Notes under the pieces: generated by a model
The model's input: the letters and a program-made list of their open reading frames with translations, nothing else
Databases searched by the model: none
What the model was told of the DNA's origin: nothing
Translations under genes and position numbers: made by a program
In this document: positions 19,693-29,135 of the stretch, one piece after another
Position numbering within the stretch: the first letter of the stretch is position 1
How the letters are laid out: each line of letters starts with the position of its first letter
Assembly (NCBI GenBank): GCA_002722515.1
Contig: PBMH01000041.1
Span: forward strand, 94 to 64,093
Direction: 5' to 3'
Source: Alphaproteobacteria bacterium
GTDB lineage: Bacteria; Pseudomonadota; Alphaproteobacteria; UBA6615
Length of the DNA: 64,000 nucleotides

Positions 19693-20676
19693 ATGCGTGC
19701 AGCCTGGTATGCGGAATTCGGATCCGCAAAGGATGTTTTTGAGGTCGGTGAGCAGAACACACCGACCGCCGGCGATGGCGAAGTTCTGGTGCGGATCCAT
19801 GCTTCGGGGATAAACCCGCTTGATGTGAAGCGTCGCGCGGGCGAACGCGGTCCCATGGTAGGAAACCGAATGGTTCCGCATTTTGATGGGGCGGGAGTGA
19901 TTGTAGCAGTTGGTACCGGTGTGGATTCAGCCCGGATCGGCGAACGGGTATGGGTCTTTGAAGGGCATTGGATGCGCGGCGACGGCACGGCGGCGGAGTA
20001 TGTCAGTTTGCCTGAATCCCGCGCAAACCCGCTGCCGGATGATCAGAGTTTCTCCGAGGGGGCCTGCTTGGGTATACCGGCGATGACGGCGCATCCGCTG
20101 GTCTTTACTGATGGTGCGGTTGACGGCCAGACGGTACTGGTGACTGGCGCGGCGGGTGCTGTGGGCAACTATGCCGTTCAGATGGCGCGAAACGGCGGCG
20201 CTACCGTAATCGGCACCGTTAGCTCCGAGGAGAAGGCCCTGCTGGCGATCGAGGCCGGCGCCAAGCACGCTATCAACTACAAAACCGAGGACGTTGCGGC
20301 CCGGGTGAAGGAACTGACCGGCGGCAAGGGTGTGGACCGGGTTATTGAGGTGGAACTCGGCGGCAACATCGAGACGACGGTCAAGATTCTAAAGACTGGC
20401 GGTGTCATTGCAGCCTACGCATCGATGGCCCAGCCGGTTGTACCTTTCTCTTTCTACGGATTCCTTATGAAGTCCCCAACCCTGCGCATTATCGGTTGTT
20501 TTACCATGCCGGATGCCTTTAAGGCCCAGAGTGTGGCGGATATTTCACGATGGATGGCCGAAGGGAAGCTTGCCAGCAGCGTTGCTACCGAGTTTCCGCT
20601 GGCCGAAATTGCTGCAGCCCATGAGATGGTTGAGGGGGGCCGCCAGGTCGGCGGTGTAGTTGTGACGATTGACTAG
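19693..20676 (+). CDS. NADPH:quinone reductase (zeta-crystallin/MDR family)
   Basis: SGINP.DVK.R, PH.DGAG, GT.AEY and TGAAGAVG motifs. AAGGAG RBS. Confidence 0.88.
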   Translation: MRAAWYAEFGSAKDVFEVGEQNTPTAGDGEVLVRIHASGINPLDVKRRAGERGPMVGNRMVPHFDGAGVIVAVGTGVDSARIGERVWVFEGHWMRGDGTAAEYVSLPESRANPLPDDQSFSEGACLGIPAMTAHPLVFTDGAVDGQTVLVTGAAGAVGNYAVQMARNGGATVIGTVSSEEKALLAIEAGAKHAINYKTEDVAARVKELTGGKGVDRVIEVELGGNIETTVKILKTGGVIAAYASMAQPVVPFSFYGFLMKSPTLRIIGCFTMPDAFKAQSVADISRWMAEGKLASSVATEFPLAEIAAAHEMVEGGRQVGGVVVTID

Positions 20677-21125
20677 GTGTTCTTGATCGCTTGGATGATC
20701 GTCTCAAGCGCCTGCAGAAATTTTGACCGGTCACTTTTGGTAAATGTGGGCGGGCCACCGGTAATTTCGCCGGTTGATCGGAGGTCGGTCATCAAGTTGC
20801 GGGTCGCCAGTGCCATACCGATAGAGGCCTGATCCAGTTGCTTGCCGTTGGGCCTAAGGGCTCGGGCATTTTTCTTGATACAACGGTCGGCTAGCGGGAT
20901 ATCTTGAGTTACCACGATATCGCCCGGTCCGATGCGCTCGGCGATCCAGTCGTCTGCGATGTCTGAGCCGCAAGCTACGACTGTTTGGGTAACGAGCGGG
21001 TGCCTGCTAAATCCGAACATGCCGCTGTTTGACACGAGTTGGACTGAAATTTGGTGGCGTTCTGCGACCCGGACGATCTCGTCCTTCACGGGGCAGGCGT
21101 CTGCGTCAACGTAGATTTCGAGCAT
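20673..21125 (-). CDS. YaiI/YqxD family protein
   Basis: IYVDADACPVKDE, ADDWI, GDIVVT.DIPLA and TGGP..F...DRS.FL motifs. Confidence 0.92.
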   Translation of the reverse strand: MLEIYVDADACPVKDEIVRVAERHQISVQLVSNSGMFGFSRHPLVTQTVVACGSDIADDWIAERIGPGDIVVTQDIPLADRCIKKNARALRPNGKQLDQASIGMALATRNLMTDLRSTGEITGGPPTFTKSDRSKFLQALETIIQAIKNT

Positions 21126-21148
21126 CGATTTTGCTGACGCGCGCGGGC

Positions 21149-22381
21149 TCACTCCGCCGCTTTCTTCTCCACCTGGGATAGCCGGCGCTCCCAGTCCGTA
21201 ATGTAGTCGCGTGTGAGGGGCACGGCATCCTGCCGCTTCGCAATCTGAATCTGGAAGACCATCTGACCCATGTAGCGGAAAGAAATTTCGCAGCCGATGA
21301 GATAGAACTCCCACATACGGCAGAACCGTTCGTCGTACAGTTCAACTGCCTTTTCGCGCTGGGCCATGAAGCGTTCATACCAGTGATGTAGTGTTTCGGC
21401 GTAGTGCAGGCGCAGAATTTCGATGTCCGTGACCCATAGGCCGGCTTTTTCGATCGCCGAAAGGGTCTCGGAAAGGGCGGGGGTGTAGCCACCCGGGAAA
21501 ATATATTTACGCAGCCACTGATTGGTTGTTCCGGGTGGCTCCATGCGTCCGATCGAGTGCAAAAGAAAAATACCGTCTTCGGCCAGGAGCTGCTTTGCCT
21601 TGCGGAAATATTCGAGATGGTGGCCCGTGCCAACGTGTTCAAACATTCCCACCGAGACGATGCGATCGAAAATTTCCGGCTCGTCACGATAATCCTGCAG
21701 TTTGAACCGAACTTGATCGGATAGGCCTTCGTTAGCTGCGCGCTGCTGGCTCACCTTATGCTGCTCTTTCGAAAGGGTCACGCCGGTGACGTCGGCACCC
21801 GTTGTCTTTGCGAGGTAAAGCGCTAGGCCGCCCCAACCCGAACCTATGTCGAGGACTTTCTTTCCCGGTTCATCAAGAAGCAGCTTGGCCGCAATGTGGC
21901 GCTTCTTGTTGTCCTGGGCCCGATCAAGATCGTTATGGCTGCCGTCGAAATAGGCGCAGGAATATTGTCGGTCAGGGTCTAGGAATAGATCGTATAGATC
22001 GTCCGACAAGTCATAATGATGAGCAACATTCTTCTGCGCCTTGCCGACCGGATTATATTGTTGGATTCGGCGGAAGAGGTGGCTGAGGTTTGCTGTAAGA
22101 TCGGAGAACCAGTGACCCTCGAAGGATTCGATGTTGCGTCCTACAAGGTCTATCAGGTCGAAGAGTGCACCCTCCTCGATCGTCAGTGTCCCATCCATAT
22201 ACGCTTCGCCTAGGGCCAGTCTAGGATTTAGAAGTAAACGTTGTTCCGTGGCGCGATCGTGAATCCGGACTGCGACGTGCGGGGGTTCACCGTTGCCGAA
22301 ACGGTGTGTCTTTCCACCAGCATCGATCAGGACGAAGTTGCCCTCGTCGATGATTCTATCGAGAAATCGAGCAAGAAGCAT
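21149..22381 (-). CDS. cfa: Cyclopropane-fatty-acyl-phospholipid synthase family methyltransferase
   Basis: NVAHHYDL, QYSCAYF, LDIG.GWGG, SVGMFEHVG, KYIFPGG and RMWEFYL motifs. Confidence 0.92.
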   Translation of the reverse strand: MLLARFLDRIIDEGNFVLIDAGGKTHRFGNGEPPHVAVRIHDRATEQRLLLNPRLALGEAYMDGTLTIEEGALFDLIDLVGRNIESFEGHWFSDLTANLSHLFRRIQQYNPVGKAQKNVAHHYDLSDDLYDLFLDPDRQYSCAYFDGSHNDLDRAQDNKKRHIAAKLLLDEPGKKVLDIGSGWGGLALYLAKTTGADVTGVTLSKEQHKVSQQRAANEGLSDQVRFKLQDYRDEPEIFDRIVSVGMFEHVGTGHHLEYFRKAKQLLAEDGIFLLHSIGRMEPPGTTNQWLRKYIFPGGYTPALSETLSAIEKAGLWVTDIEILRLHYAETLHHWYERFMAQREKAVELYDERFCRMWEFYLIGCEISFRYMGQMVFQIQIAKRQDAVPLTRDYITDWERRLSQVEKKAAE

Positions 22382-22466
22382 CGTATCCCCCGTGTCTAAT
22401 TAATGTTCACGACGCCACGGCAAAGTTAGCAAAACTAGCGCGAACGGGCAAAACACGGAATCGCAT

Positions 22467-23186
22467 TCAGTTTTTCCCGGTCTCGGCGTCCTTGGATGTG
22501 TCCGATGCCTCGGAAATCGGGACATCGGTATCACTGGCGTCTGCAGTGTCTTCGGCTTCATTGGCGACGCGCTCGGCAACTTCTTCCTCGACCATGCCTT
22601 CGATCGCTTCGACCTCGGCAGTCTTATCATCTGCTACAGCGAGTGCTTCGTCAGCCAAAGCAATTGCATTTTCCGCTGCTTCGGCCTCTTCGGCAATCTG
22701 GGTGATTGACTGGCCATGCTCTCGCTGGGTCACCGCTTCGTCATCGGTGCGCGCGACATTGATAGTTAGCTCGACTGATACCTCAGGGTGTAGCGAAATC
22801 CGTATCGGATGTAGGCCCAACTCCTTGATTGCCCGGTCCAACAGCACTTGGCCACGGCCAACGGAGACCCCGCGTTCCGCGACGGAGTCGGAAATGTCCC
22901 GTGCGCTGACAGAACCGTATAGCTGGCCGCCATCGCCGGCCTGGCGGATCAGCACGACATCGAGGTCTTCAATCTTGCCAGCTACCGCTTCGGCTTCCTC
23001 GCGTCGCTTAAGGTTTTCGGCCTCAAGCTGCGTCCGCTGGGATTCGAAATGCGTTCGGTTGTCGTCGGTCGCGCGAAGTGCCTTTTTCTGTGGCAACAGA
23101 AAATTGCGCGCATAGCCCGACTTGACTGTGACTACGTCTCCCATCTGTCCTAGTTTTTCGATACGTTCGAGAAGAATTACGTCCAT
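22467..23186 (-). CDS. rplI: 50S ribosomal protein L9 with long acidic C-terminal tail
   Basis: VILLER..KLG..GDVV.VK.GYARNFLLP and LYGSV motifs. GGAGG RBS. Confidence 0.96.
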   Translation of the reverse strand: MDVILLERIEKLGQMGDVVTVKSGYARNFLLPQKKALRATDDNRTHFESQRTQLEAENLKRREEAEAVAGKIEDLDVVLIRQAGDGGQLYGSVSARDISDSVAERGVSVGRGQVLLDRAIKELGLHPIRISLHPEVSVELTINVARTDDEAVTQREHGQSITQIAEEAEAAENAIALADEALAVADDKTAEVEAIEGMVEEEVAERVANEAEDTADASDTDVPISEASDTSKDAETGKN

Positions 23187-23187
23187 T

Positions 23188-23355
23188 TCATACCTCCTGG
23201 CCGGATCGCAATAATCCGGTCGCTATCAGCGGGATGCCGGTCTGGTGCAGGTGCGTGGCCGCACCGATGCCGAACGCGAACGGAACCGCAAAGAACAGTT
23301 CCAACAGCGCATCTGCGCTGAGCGTAAAGGCATATGATTTGACCGGGTTCATCAT
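23188..23355 (-). pseudogene. Short ORF resembling the N-terminus of the DUF2232 membrane protein normally found between rpsR and rplI
   Basis: 55-aa hydrophobic ORF (LSADALLELFF...PLIATGL) in the DUF2232 syntenic slot. Its last codons contain the rplI RBS. Confidence 0.45.
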
Positions 23356-23394
23356 AGTTTCATGTCGCACCGGCGTATCCACGTGCCGGGGCCG

Positions 23395-23667
23395 TCAGTC
23401 GACGACGTAGGGTAGCAGGGCCATGAACCGGGCGCGCTTGATCGCTCGCGACAGCTCGCGCTGCTTCTTGGCCGAGACTGCGGTAATCCGGCTCGGTACG
23501 ATTTTGCCACGCTCGGAGATGTATCGAGACAGCAATTTTGTGTCCTTATAGTCGATCTGTGGCGCGTTCGCGCCGGAGAAAGGACATGTCTTACGACGAC
23601 GGAAAAACGGACGCCGTCCGCCGCCGTTTCCGCCGCCGTTTCCGCCACCGCGAGGTCCCATAGACAT
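23395..23667 (-). CDS. rpsR: 30S ribosomal protein S18
   Basis: [35 protein letters not shown] and KRARF.ALLPY motifs. Confidence 0.97.
   Translation of the reverse strand: MSMGPRGGGNGGGNGGGRRPFFRRRKTCPFSGANAPQIDYKDTKLLSRYISERGKIVPSRITAVSAKKQRELSRAIKRARFMALLPYVVD
23617..23650. repeat. 12-bp tandem repeat encoding GGGNGGGNGGG in the S18 N-terminus
   Basis: tccgccgccgtt twice plus a partial third copy. Confidence 0.85.
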
Positions 23668-24167
23668 TATTCAGTCTCCCCTTTGTGAGTCGCCGCTGAT
23701 GTTTCGCCGTCCGGGGTTTCGGTTTCCGGGGCGGCCTCGGCAGGTGCGTCGCCGTCCGGGGTTTCGGTTTCCGGGGCGGCCTCTATCGGCGTAGTTGGCT
23801 TATCTCTGTCGCCATCTTCATCGTCACGTCGTGGGCCGCGGTCTTTGCGGCCTTGCATCATGATTGAGGGGCCTTCTTCATGTTCGTCGACCCGCAGTGT
23901 TAGGTAACGAAGAATGTCGTCATGGATACGCTGTTGGCGCTCTAGCTCGAGGATAGCGTCTGGCGGCGCGTCAAGATTCATCATGACATAGTGGCCCTTT
24001 CGGTTTTTCTTGATCCGGTAGGCGAGATTGCGAAGACCCCAGGACTCGGTGCCTACGACCTTCCCGCCTCCTGTCTCAACGACACCGGCAAAGGCTTCGA
24101 CCATCTGGTCGACCTGCGTGCCAGAAATATCCTGACGTGCAATAAATACATGCTCATAGAGTGGCAT
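23667..24167 (-). CDS. rpsF: 30S ribosomal protein S6 with repetitive acidic tail
   Basis: [31 protein letters not shown] motifs. GGGGAG RBS. Confidence 0.97.
   Translation of the reverse strand: MPLYEHVFIARQDISGTQVDQMVEAFAGVVETGGGKVVGTESWGLRNLAYRIKKNRKGHYVMMNLDAPPDAILELERQQRIHDDILRYLTLRVDEHEEGPSIMMQGRKDRGPRRDDEDGDRDKPTTPIEAAPETETPDGDAPAEAAPETETPDGETSAATHKGETE
23704..23783. repeat. 35-bp exact direct repeat (45-bp period) in the rpsF 3' end, encoding [11 protein letters not shown] twice
   Basis: tcgccgtccggggtttcggtttccggggcggcctc at 23704-23738 and 23749-23783. Confidence 0.92.
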
Positions 24168-24173
24168 ATTCTG

Positions 24174-24275
24174 CGACTCCCCTTGGCTGTTAATTGACAA
24201 CCGACGATCGCCCCTTTTGGGCCGCGTCCGCATTGTCATAGCCGGTCCGTCGGTACGGTCCGGCAAGGAGTTGAC
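24174..24275 (-). promoter_or_regulatory. Putative S6:S18 autoregulatory leader (anti-SD pairing)
   Basis: On the minus strand, ACUCCUUG (24264-24271) is complementary to the SD-containing CAAGGGGAGU (24176-24185), with a CCA triplet next to the SD helix. Confidence 0.5.
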
Positions 24276-24458
24276 GCCGGATGTCTCCCGGCCCCGTTTA
24301 AGGCGCGGGAATACAGCACAAGCATTCAAGCGGCGCAAGGGCTACCTGATCATGATTCTTAGCGATGTCGACGTGCGTTGCTTGCGGCTTGGCGACGGCG
24401 ACGATAAGAAGGTTATGACGTATTGACGTCGTCACGGTAGACAAGGAAATTTTGAGAG

Positions 24459-25400
24459 ATGACACGCGCATTCGTCTTTCCCGGACAGGGAAGCCAGGAA
24501 GTTGGCATGGGGCAGGCACTAGCATCGGCTTTCCCGGACGCTCGGCTTGTTTTTGAGGAGGTCGACGACGCACTCGATAGCCACCTAAGTCGGATTATTT
24601 TTGATGGGCCACAGGAAGAACTTACGCTTACGCGAAATGCCCAACCGGCATTGATGGCGGTCAGCATGGCCGTTGTGCGCGTTCTCGAAGGAGAGGGCGG
24701 GCTCAAGGTCGCGGATGTGGCATCTCATGTGGCCGGCCACAGCTTGGGCGAATACTCGGCGCTGGCGGCGGCTGGCTCCCTGAGCGTGGCTGACACGGCG
24801 CGCCTGTTGCGGACGCGCGGAGAGGCGATGCAAGCAGCGGTGCCTGTTGGCGTTGGCGCCATGGCGGCGATCCTAGGGCCGAGCCTGGATGAGGTCGAGG
24901 TGATTGCTGCCGACGCGGCCGAGGAGCAGGTCTGCGATGTAGCAAACGACAATTCCGAGGGTCAGGTGGTGGTTAGTGGTAGTGCCGGGGCGGTGGAGCG
25001 CGCTGTTGAGATTGCAAAGGAACGCGGAGCGCGCCGCGCGGTTCTTTTGCCGGTCAGCGCTCCGTTTCATTGCTCCCTCTTGGGCCCGGCAGCCGACGTC
25101 ATGACCTATGCCCTCGCTAGCGCCGAAATATCTGTGCCCAACCCGTCCGTCGTTGCTAACGTGACTGCGGCACCGGTGACAGACCCGGATGAAATCCGTA
25201 GCCTGCTGATCGAGCAGGTCACTAGCCGTGTACGTTGGCGTGAGAGTGTTCTGGCGATGCGGGCGCTCGGGGTTGAGGAGCTCTGCGAACTCGGCGCGGG
25301 CAAGGTCCTGTCGGGATTGACCCGGCGGATCGACCGCGAGATGACGAGCCGCGCTATTGGTTCGCCTGAAGACATCGAAGATTTTCTCAGCGCGTGTTAA
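24459..25400 (+). CDS. fabD: Malonyl CoA-ACP transacylase
   Basis: FVFPGQGSQ, AQPAL, AGHSLGEY, VSAPFH and VRW.E motifs. Confidence 0.96.
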   Translation: MTRAFVFPGQGSQEVGMGQALASAFPDARLVFEEVDDALDSHLSRIIFDGPQEELTLTRNAQPALMAVSMAVVRVLEGEGGLKVADVASHVAGHSLGEYSALAAAGSLSVADTARLLRTRGEAMQAAVPVGVGAMAAILGPSLDEVEVIAADAAEEQVCDVANDNSEGQVVVSGSAGAVERAVEIAKERGARRAVLLPVSAPFHCSLLGPAADVMTYALASAEISVPNPSVVANVTAAPVTDPDEIRSLLIEQVTSRVRWRESVLAMRALGVEELCELGAGKVLSGLTRRIDREMTSRAIGSPEDIEDFLSAC

Positions 25401-25409
25401 GAGGGCGTT

Positions 25410-26151
25410 ATGTTTAACCTGAACGATAAGGCCGCACTGGTGACTGGTGCTACGGGTGGCATCGGTGACGCGATCACTCGCACTCTGCATGAGCTCGGCG
25501 CAAAAGTAGTGATCAGTGGCACACGGGGGGAACGCTTGGAGGCACTGGCCTCTGATCTGGGCGAGAATTGCTACGTCGCGGCTGCCAACCTTTTGGAAGA
25601 TGGTGCCGCGGACAGATTGGTCGCGACTGCGGTGGAAGCCGCCGGCGGGGTCGATATCCTCGTCAACAACGCGGGCCTGACCCGGGACAACCTGGCAATG
25701 CGCATGAAGGACGACGAATGGCAACGAGTGATCGACGTGAACCTGTCGGCATCCTTTCGGCTTAGCCGCGCGGTCCTGCGTGGCATGATGAAGGCGCGAT
25801 GGGGTCGTATCGTTACGATCACTTCGGTTGTCGGTTCTACGGGTAATCCGGGCCAAGCAAACTATGCCGCTTCTAAGGCCGGGTTAACGGGCATGAGCAA
25901 GGCCCTCGCGCAGGAGGTTGCGAGCCGAGGAGTTACTGTTAATTGCATTGCCCCTGGCTTTATTGAGACCCCGATGACTGCTGTACTAACCGATGATCAG
26001 AAAACCTCAATGCTGGAACGCATTCCGACTGGACGTCTGGGGTCACCAAAAGAAAGATATTGCTTCTAGTGTTGCCTATCTGGCGAGCGAGGAAGCTGGC
26101 TACGTCACGGGCCAGACGCTGCATGTTAATGGGGGCATGGCAATGCTATGA
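25410..26151 (+). pseudogene. fabG: 3-oxoacyl-ACP reductase FabG with a frameshift near the 3' end (real or assembly error)
   Basis: TGATGGIG, NNAGLTRD and NYAASKAG are intact. The ORF stops at 26069, but the canonical tail [31 protein letters not shown] continues in the +1 frame to 26151 after a duplicated AAAG (26049-26056). Confidence 0.85.
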
Positions 26152-26183
26152 GCTGGCATCGGTGGCGTTGTGCGGGAGCCGTG

Positions 26184-26213
26184 CTTGACGTTACGCGCGA
26201 ACGCCGGTAAACG
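26184..26213 (+). promoter_or_regulatory. Putative sigma70 promoter for acpP
   Basis: cTTGACG-N17-TAAACG about 170 nt upstream of acpP. Confidence 0.4.
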
Positions 26214-26384
26214 CCGCTCCAATGTTGCGTGGGCTTGGTCGCTATGGCGGGATGCGCGGCGCTGTGATAGGGATGGTTAATTGATTTTCGAGGGCGCTCG
26301 GATACCGAATCGTCTTAAATAAATACTGAACCAAGCGACCCGGCAACGGTCGCGCGAAACCAAAGTAACTAAGGGCAGGCAGAC

Positions 26385-26621
26385 ATGAGCGATATCGCTG
26401 ACCGGGTGCAGAAAATTGTTGTTGAACATTTGGGCGTCGACGAGGGGAAAGTTTCCGAGGGTGCAAGCTTTATCGACGATTTGGGGGCCGATAGCCTAGA
26501 TACAGTTGAGTTAGTGATGGCTTTCGAAGAAGAATTTGGGTGTGAAATTCCAGATGACGCGGCCGAAAAGATTCTCACGGTCGGCGACGCAGTAAAATTT
26601 CTCGAACAAGCCTCCGACTAA
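26385..26621 (+). CDS. acpP: Acyl carrier protein
   Basis: [21 protein letters not shown] motif. Confidence 0.97.
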   Translation: MSDIADRVQKIVVEHLGVDEGKVSEGASFIDDLGADSLDTVELVMAFEEEFGCEIPDDAAEKILTVGDAVKFLEQASD

Positions 26622-26704
26622 TCCGCTAGCTGATCTCGTCGCATGTTTTAGCGGCGGTGGTCTAGTAAGCTTTGATTGACCGAGCAACAGCGCATCGGAA
26701 TCCA

Positions 26705-27964
26705 ATGAGACGTGTCGTCATTACTGGTATGGGACTGGTGACGCCCTTGGGCGTCGGCCTAGACCATAATTGGCGCCGATTGACCAATGGGGATTCGGGA
26801 GCCGCTGTAATTGACAAGTTTGATGTTTCCGACCTGCCGGCGAAGGTCGCTGCGCAGGTACCGCGCGGGGACGGTGCAAATGGCACTTTTAATGCTGACG
26901 ATTATGTTTCGGTTAAGGAACAGCGCCGGATAGATGAGTTTATCGTCTACGGTATTGCTGCTGCGGTCGAGGCGGTTGAAGACTCTAACTGGAAGCCGGG
27001 GACCGAAGAGGGTCAGGAACGCACTGGCGTCATGATTGGGTCGGGCATCGGCGGCCTACAGACGATATATGAGGGATCGACGCTTCTTAATGCGGAAAGT
27101 CCTCGCAAGGTCGGGCCCTTCTTCATTCCCTCTGCATTGATTAATCTCGCCTCCGGTCAGATGTCCATCCGATATGGCTTCAAGGGGCCGAATCACGCCG
27201 TCGTAACGGCTTGTTCGACTGGCGCGCACGCGATCGGTGACGCAGCACGCCTGATCATGTGGGACGATGCCGATGTCATGGTGGCGGGCGGCGCGGAGGC
27301 TGCGATTTGTAGGATTGGTATTGCCGGATTTGCTGCTTGCCGCGCGCTTTCTACAGGTTTCAACGACACGCCCGAGGCGGCTTCGCGGCCGTATGACAAG
27401 GGTCGTGATGGTTTCGTAATGGGCGAGGGGGCGGGCGTCGTTGTGCTCGAAGAGTATGAGCATGCCAAGGCGCGTGGTGCGAAAATCTATGCTGAGATCA
27501 TTGGCTACGGCATGTCCGGGGATGCGCACCACATCACTGCGCCAGCGGCTGACGGCAGCGGGGGGTTCCGTTCGATGCAGGCGGCCGTCAAGCGGGCTGG
27601 AATCAAATTGGAAGACATTGATTACGTAAATGCGCACGGCACCTCGACGCCGCTAGGGGACGAGATAGAACTGGGCGCGGTGAAGCGGTTGTTCGGTGAT
27701 CACGCCTATAGCCTTTCAATGTCATCGACTAAGTCGGCGATCGGTCACCTTCTGGGAGCGGCCGGTGCCGTCGAGGCGATATACTCGGTCATGGCGATCA
27801 ACAATAATGTGGTTCCACCGACGATCAATCTTGACGATCCCTCGGATGCCTGCGACATCGACTTGGTACCGCATGCAGCTAAGGAAAGGCCGGTTAGCTG
27901 CGCGCTCAGCAATTCGTTTGGATTTGGTGGGACCAACGCCAGCCTGATTTTCTCCGAAGTTTGA
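26705..27964 (+). CDS. fabF: Beta-ketoacyl-ACP synthase II
   Basis: MRRVVITGMG, TACSTG, NAHGTST, KSAIGHLLGAAG and SNSFGFGG motifs. Confidence 0.97.
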   Translation: MRRVVITGMGLVTPLGVGLDHNWRRLTNGDSGAAVIDKFDVSDLPAKVAAQVPRGDGANGTFNADDYVSVKEQRRIDEFIVYGIAAAVEAVEDSNWKPGTEEGQERTGVMIGSGIGGLQTIYEGSTLLNAESPRKVGPFFIPSALINLASGQMSIRYGFKGPNHAVVTACSTGAHAIGDAARLIMWDDADVMVAGGAEAAICRIGIAGFAACRALSTGFNDTPEAASRPYDKGRDGFVMGEGAGVVVLEEYEHAKARGAKIYAEIIGYGMSGDAHHITAPAADGSGGFRSMQAAVKRAGIKLEDIDYVNAHGTSTPLGDEIELGAVKRLFGDHAYSLSMSSTKSAIGHLLGAAGAVEAIYSVMAINNNVVPPTINLDDPSDACDIDLVPHAAKERPVSCALSNSFGFGGTNASLIFSEV

Positions 27965-28040
27965 TCGTCCGGACCTGCGCGGGTGGCGCAGGTAATCGTT
28001 TCCGTACGACTCCCGCCGCCACGGTTATCATGTAGAAGAA

Positions 28041-29129
28041 ATGGTTGATCAATTTCCAACCAGCCCGAACTCAGGCGACCGGCGGGAACCTCCCGACCTT
28101 CGGAGCCCCGTGCTTTTAGTGTCCGGTCGCCGCCGTTTAGGCAAGTTAGTAATGGCTCTGGCTATTATCTTAATCGCTGGGGCCACCGTGTCAGCGGGTA
28201 GCGCGGTAACACTGTATCGGGCCTATTCGGGCCCTGGGCCCCTCGTCACGGATGTATCGGTGGTTGTGCCCCCTGGTGCCACTGGCAGGGCGATTGGGGT
28301 CATCCTCGAAGATTCCGGGGTCGCGGCGGACTATCGTTTGTTTTTGCTCGCGGTAAGGTTCTTCGTACCGAAACTGCCACTGCGGGCTGGCGAATATGCG
28401 TTTTCCAAGGGTGTCAGCCTGCGCGAAGTGATTGCGGTGCTGCAGTCGGGACAAACCGTCGTACGCCGTGTGACGGTGCCCGAAGGGCTGAACACACGGG
28501 AAATTCTGCGATTGGTTGCGTCGGTGGATGGGCTGTCGGGTTCTGTACCCAATGCTGCGGTTGTACCGGAAGGTGCGTTGTTGCCCGAAACCTATCACTT
28601 CAGCTTGGGTGATCATAGGGAAGGCCTGATCTCGCGGATGGCAGTAGCGCGCGATGCGGCTCTCGCCCGCCTGTGGGCACACCGCAAGGTGAATCTACCC
28701 CTAAAAACGCCTTACGAGGCACTTATTTTGGCATCTATAGTCGAGCGGGAGACAGCCGTCGCTGAAGAGCGTGCTCGGGTCGCTGCCGTGTTTATCAATC
28801 GTCTCAATCTAGGGATGCCCCTGCAGTCAGATTCGACTGTGGCATACGGGCTGGGTCCCGCTGGCACCCAGCTTGATCGACCCCTGATTCGCCGTGACCT
28901 TGAGGTAGACCACCCGTACAACACCTATCTGCACCGTGGGCTCCCGCCGGGACCGATCGCAAGTCCCGGAGTTGCCAGCATTGCCGCGGCGCTTGATCCG
29001 ACCGAAACCGATGAACTTTATTTCGTGGCCGACGGCACGGGTGGGCATGCATTCGCGCGGACGCTCGCGGAGCACAATCGTAACGTTGCGCGCTGGCGCA
29101 GGATCCAGCGCCAACAACGTGCGCGTTAG
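28041..29129 (+). CDS. mltG: Endolytic transglycosylase MltG
   Basis: N-terminal TM helix, then VPEG, EG.LLPETY, LASIVERET, LQSD, YNTY...GLPPGPI and LYFVADG motifs. Confidence 0.93.
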   Translation: MVDQFPTSPNSGDRREPPDLRSPVLLVSGRRRLGKLVMALAIILIAGATVSAGSAVTLYRAYSGPGPLVTDVSVVVPPGATGRAIGVILEDSGVAADYRLFLLAVRFFVPKLPLRAGEYAFSKGVSLREVIAVLQSGQTVVRRVTVPEGLNTREILRLVASVDGLSGSVPNAAVVPEGALLPETYHFSLGDHREGLISRMAVARDAALARLWAHRKVNLPLKTPYEALILASIVERETAVAEERARVAAVFINRLNLGMPLQSDSTVAYGLGPAGTQLDRPLIRRDLEVDHPYNTYLHRGLPPGPIASPGVASIAAALDPTETDELYFVADGTGGHAFARTLAEHNRNVARWRRIQRQQRAR

Positions 29130-29135
29130 ACACGC

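Noticed and set aside
23704-23783. 35-bp direct repeat as a possible mini-CRISPR or att site
   Set aside because: Only two copies with a 10-bp spacer, in frame within rpsF, and no cas or integrase genes nearby.
24873-25856. 327-aa antisense ORF over fabD/fabG, and the many other long shadow ORFs
   Set aside because: Antisense or alternate-frame shadows of high-GC genes with no recognisable motifs.
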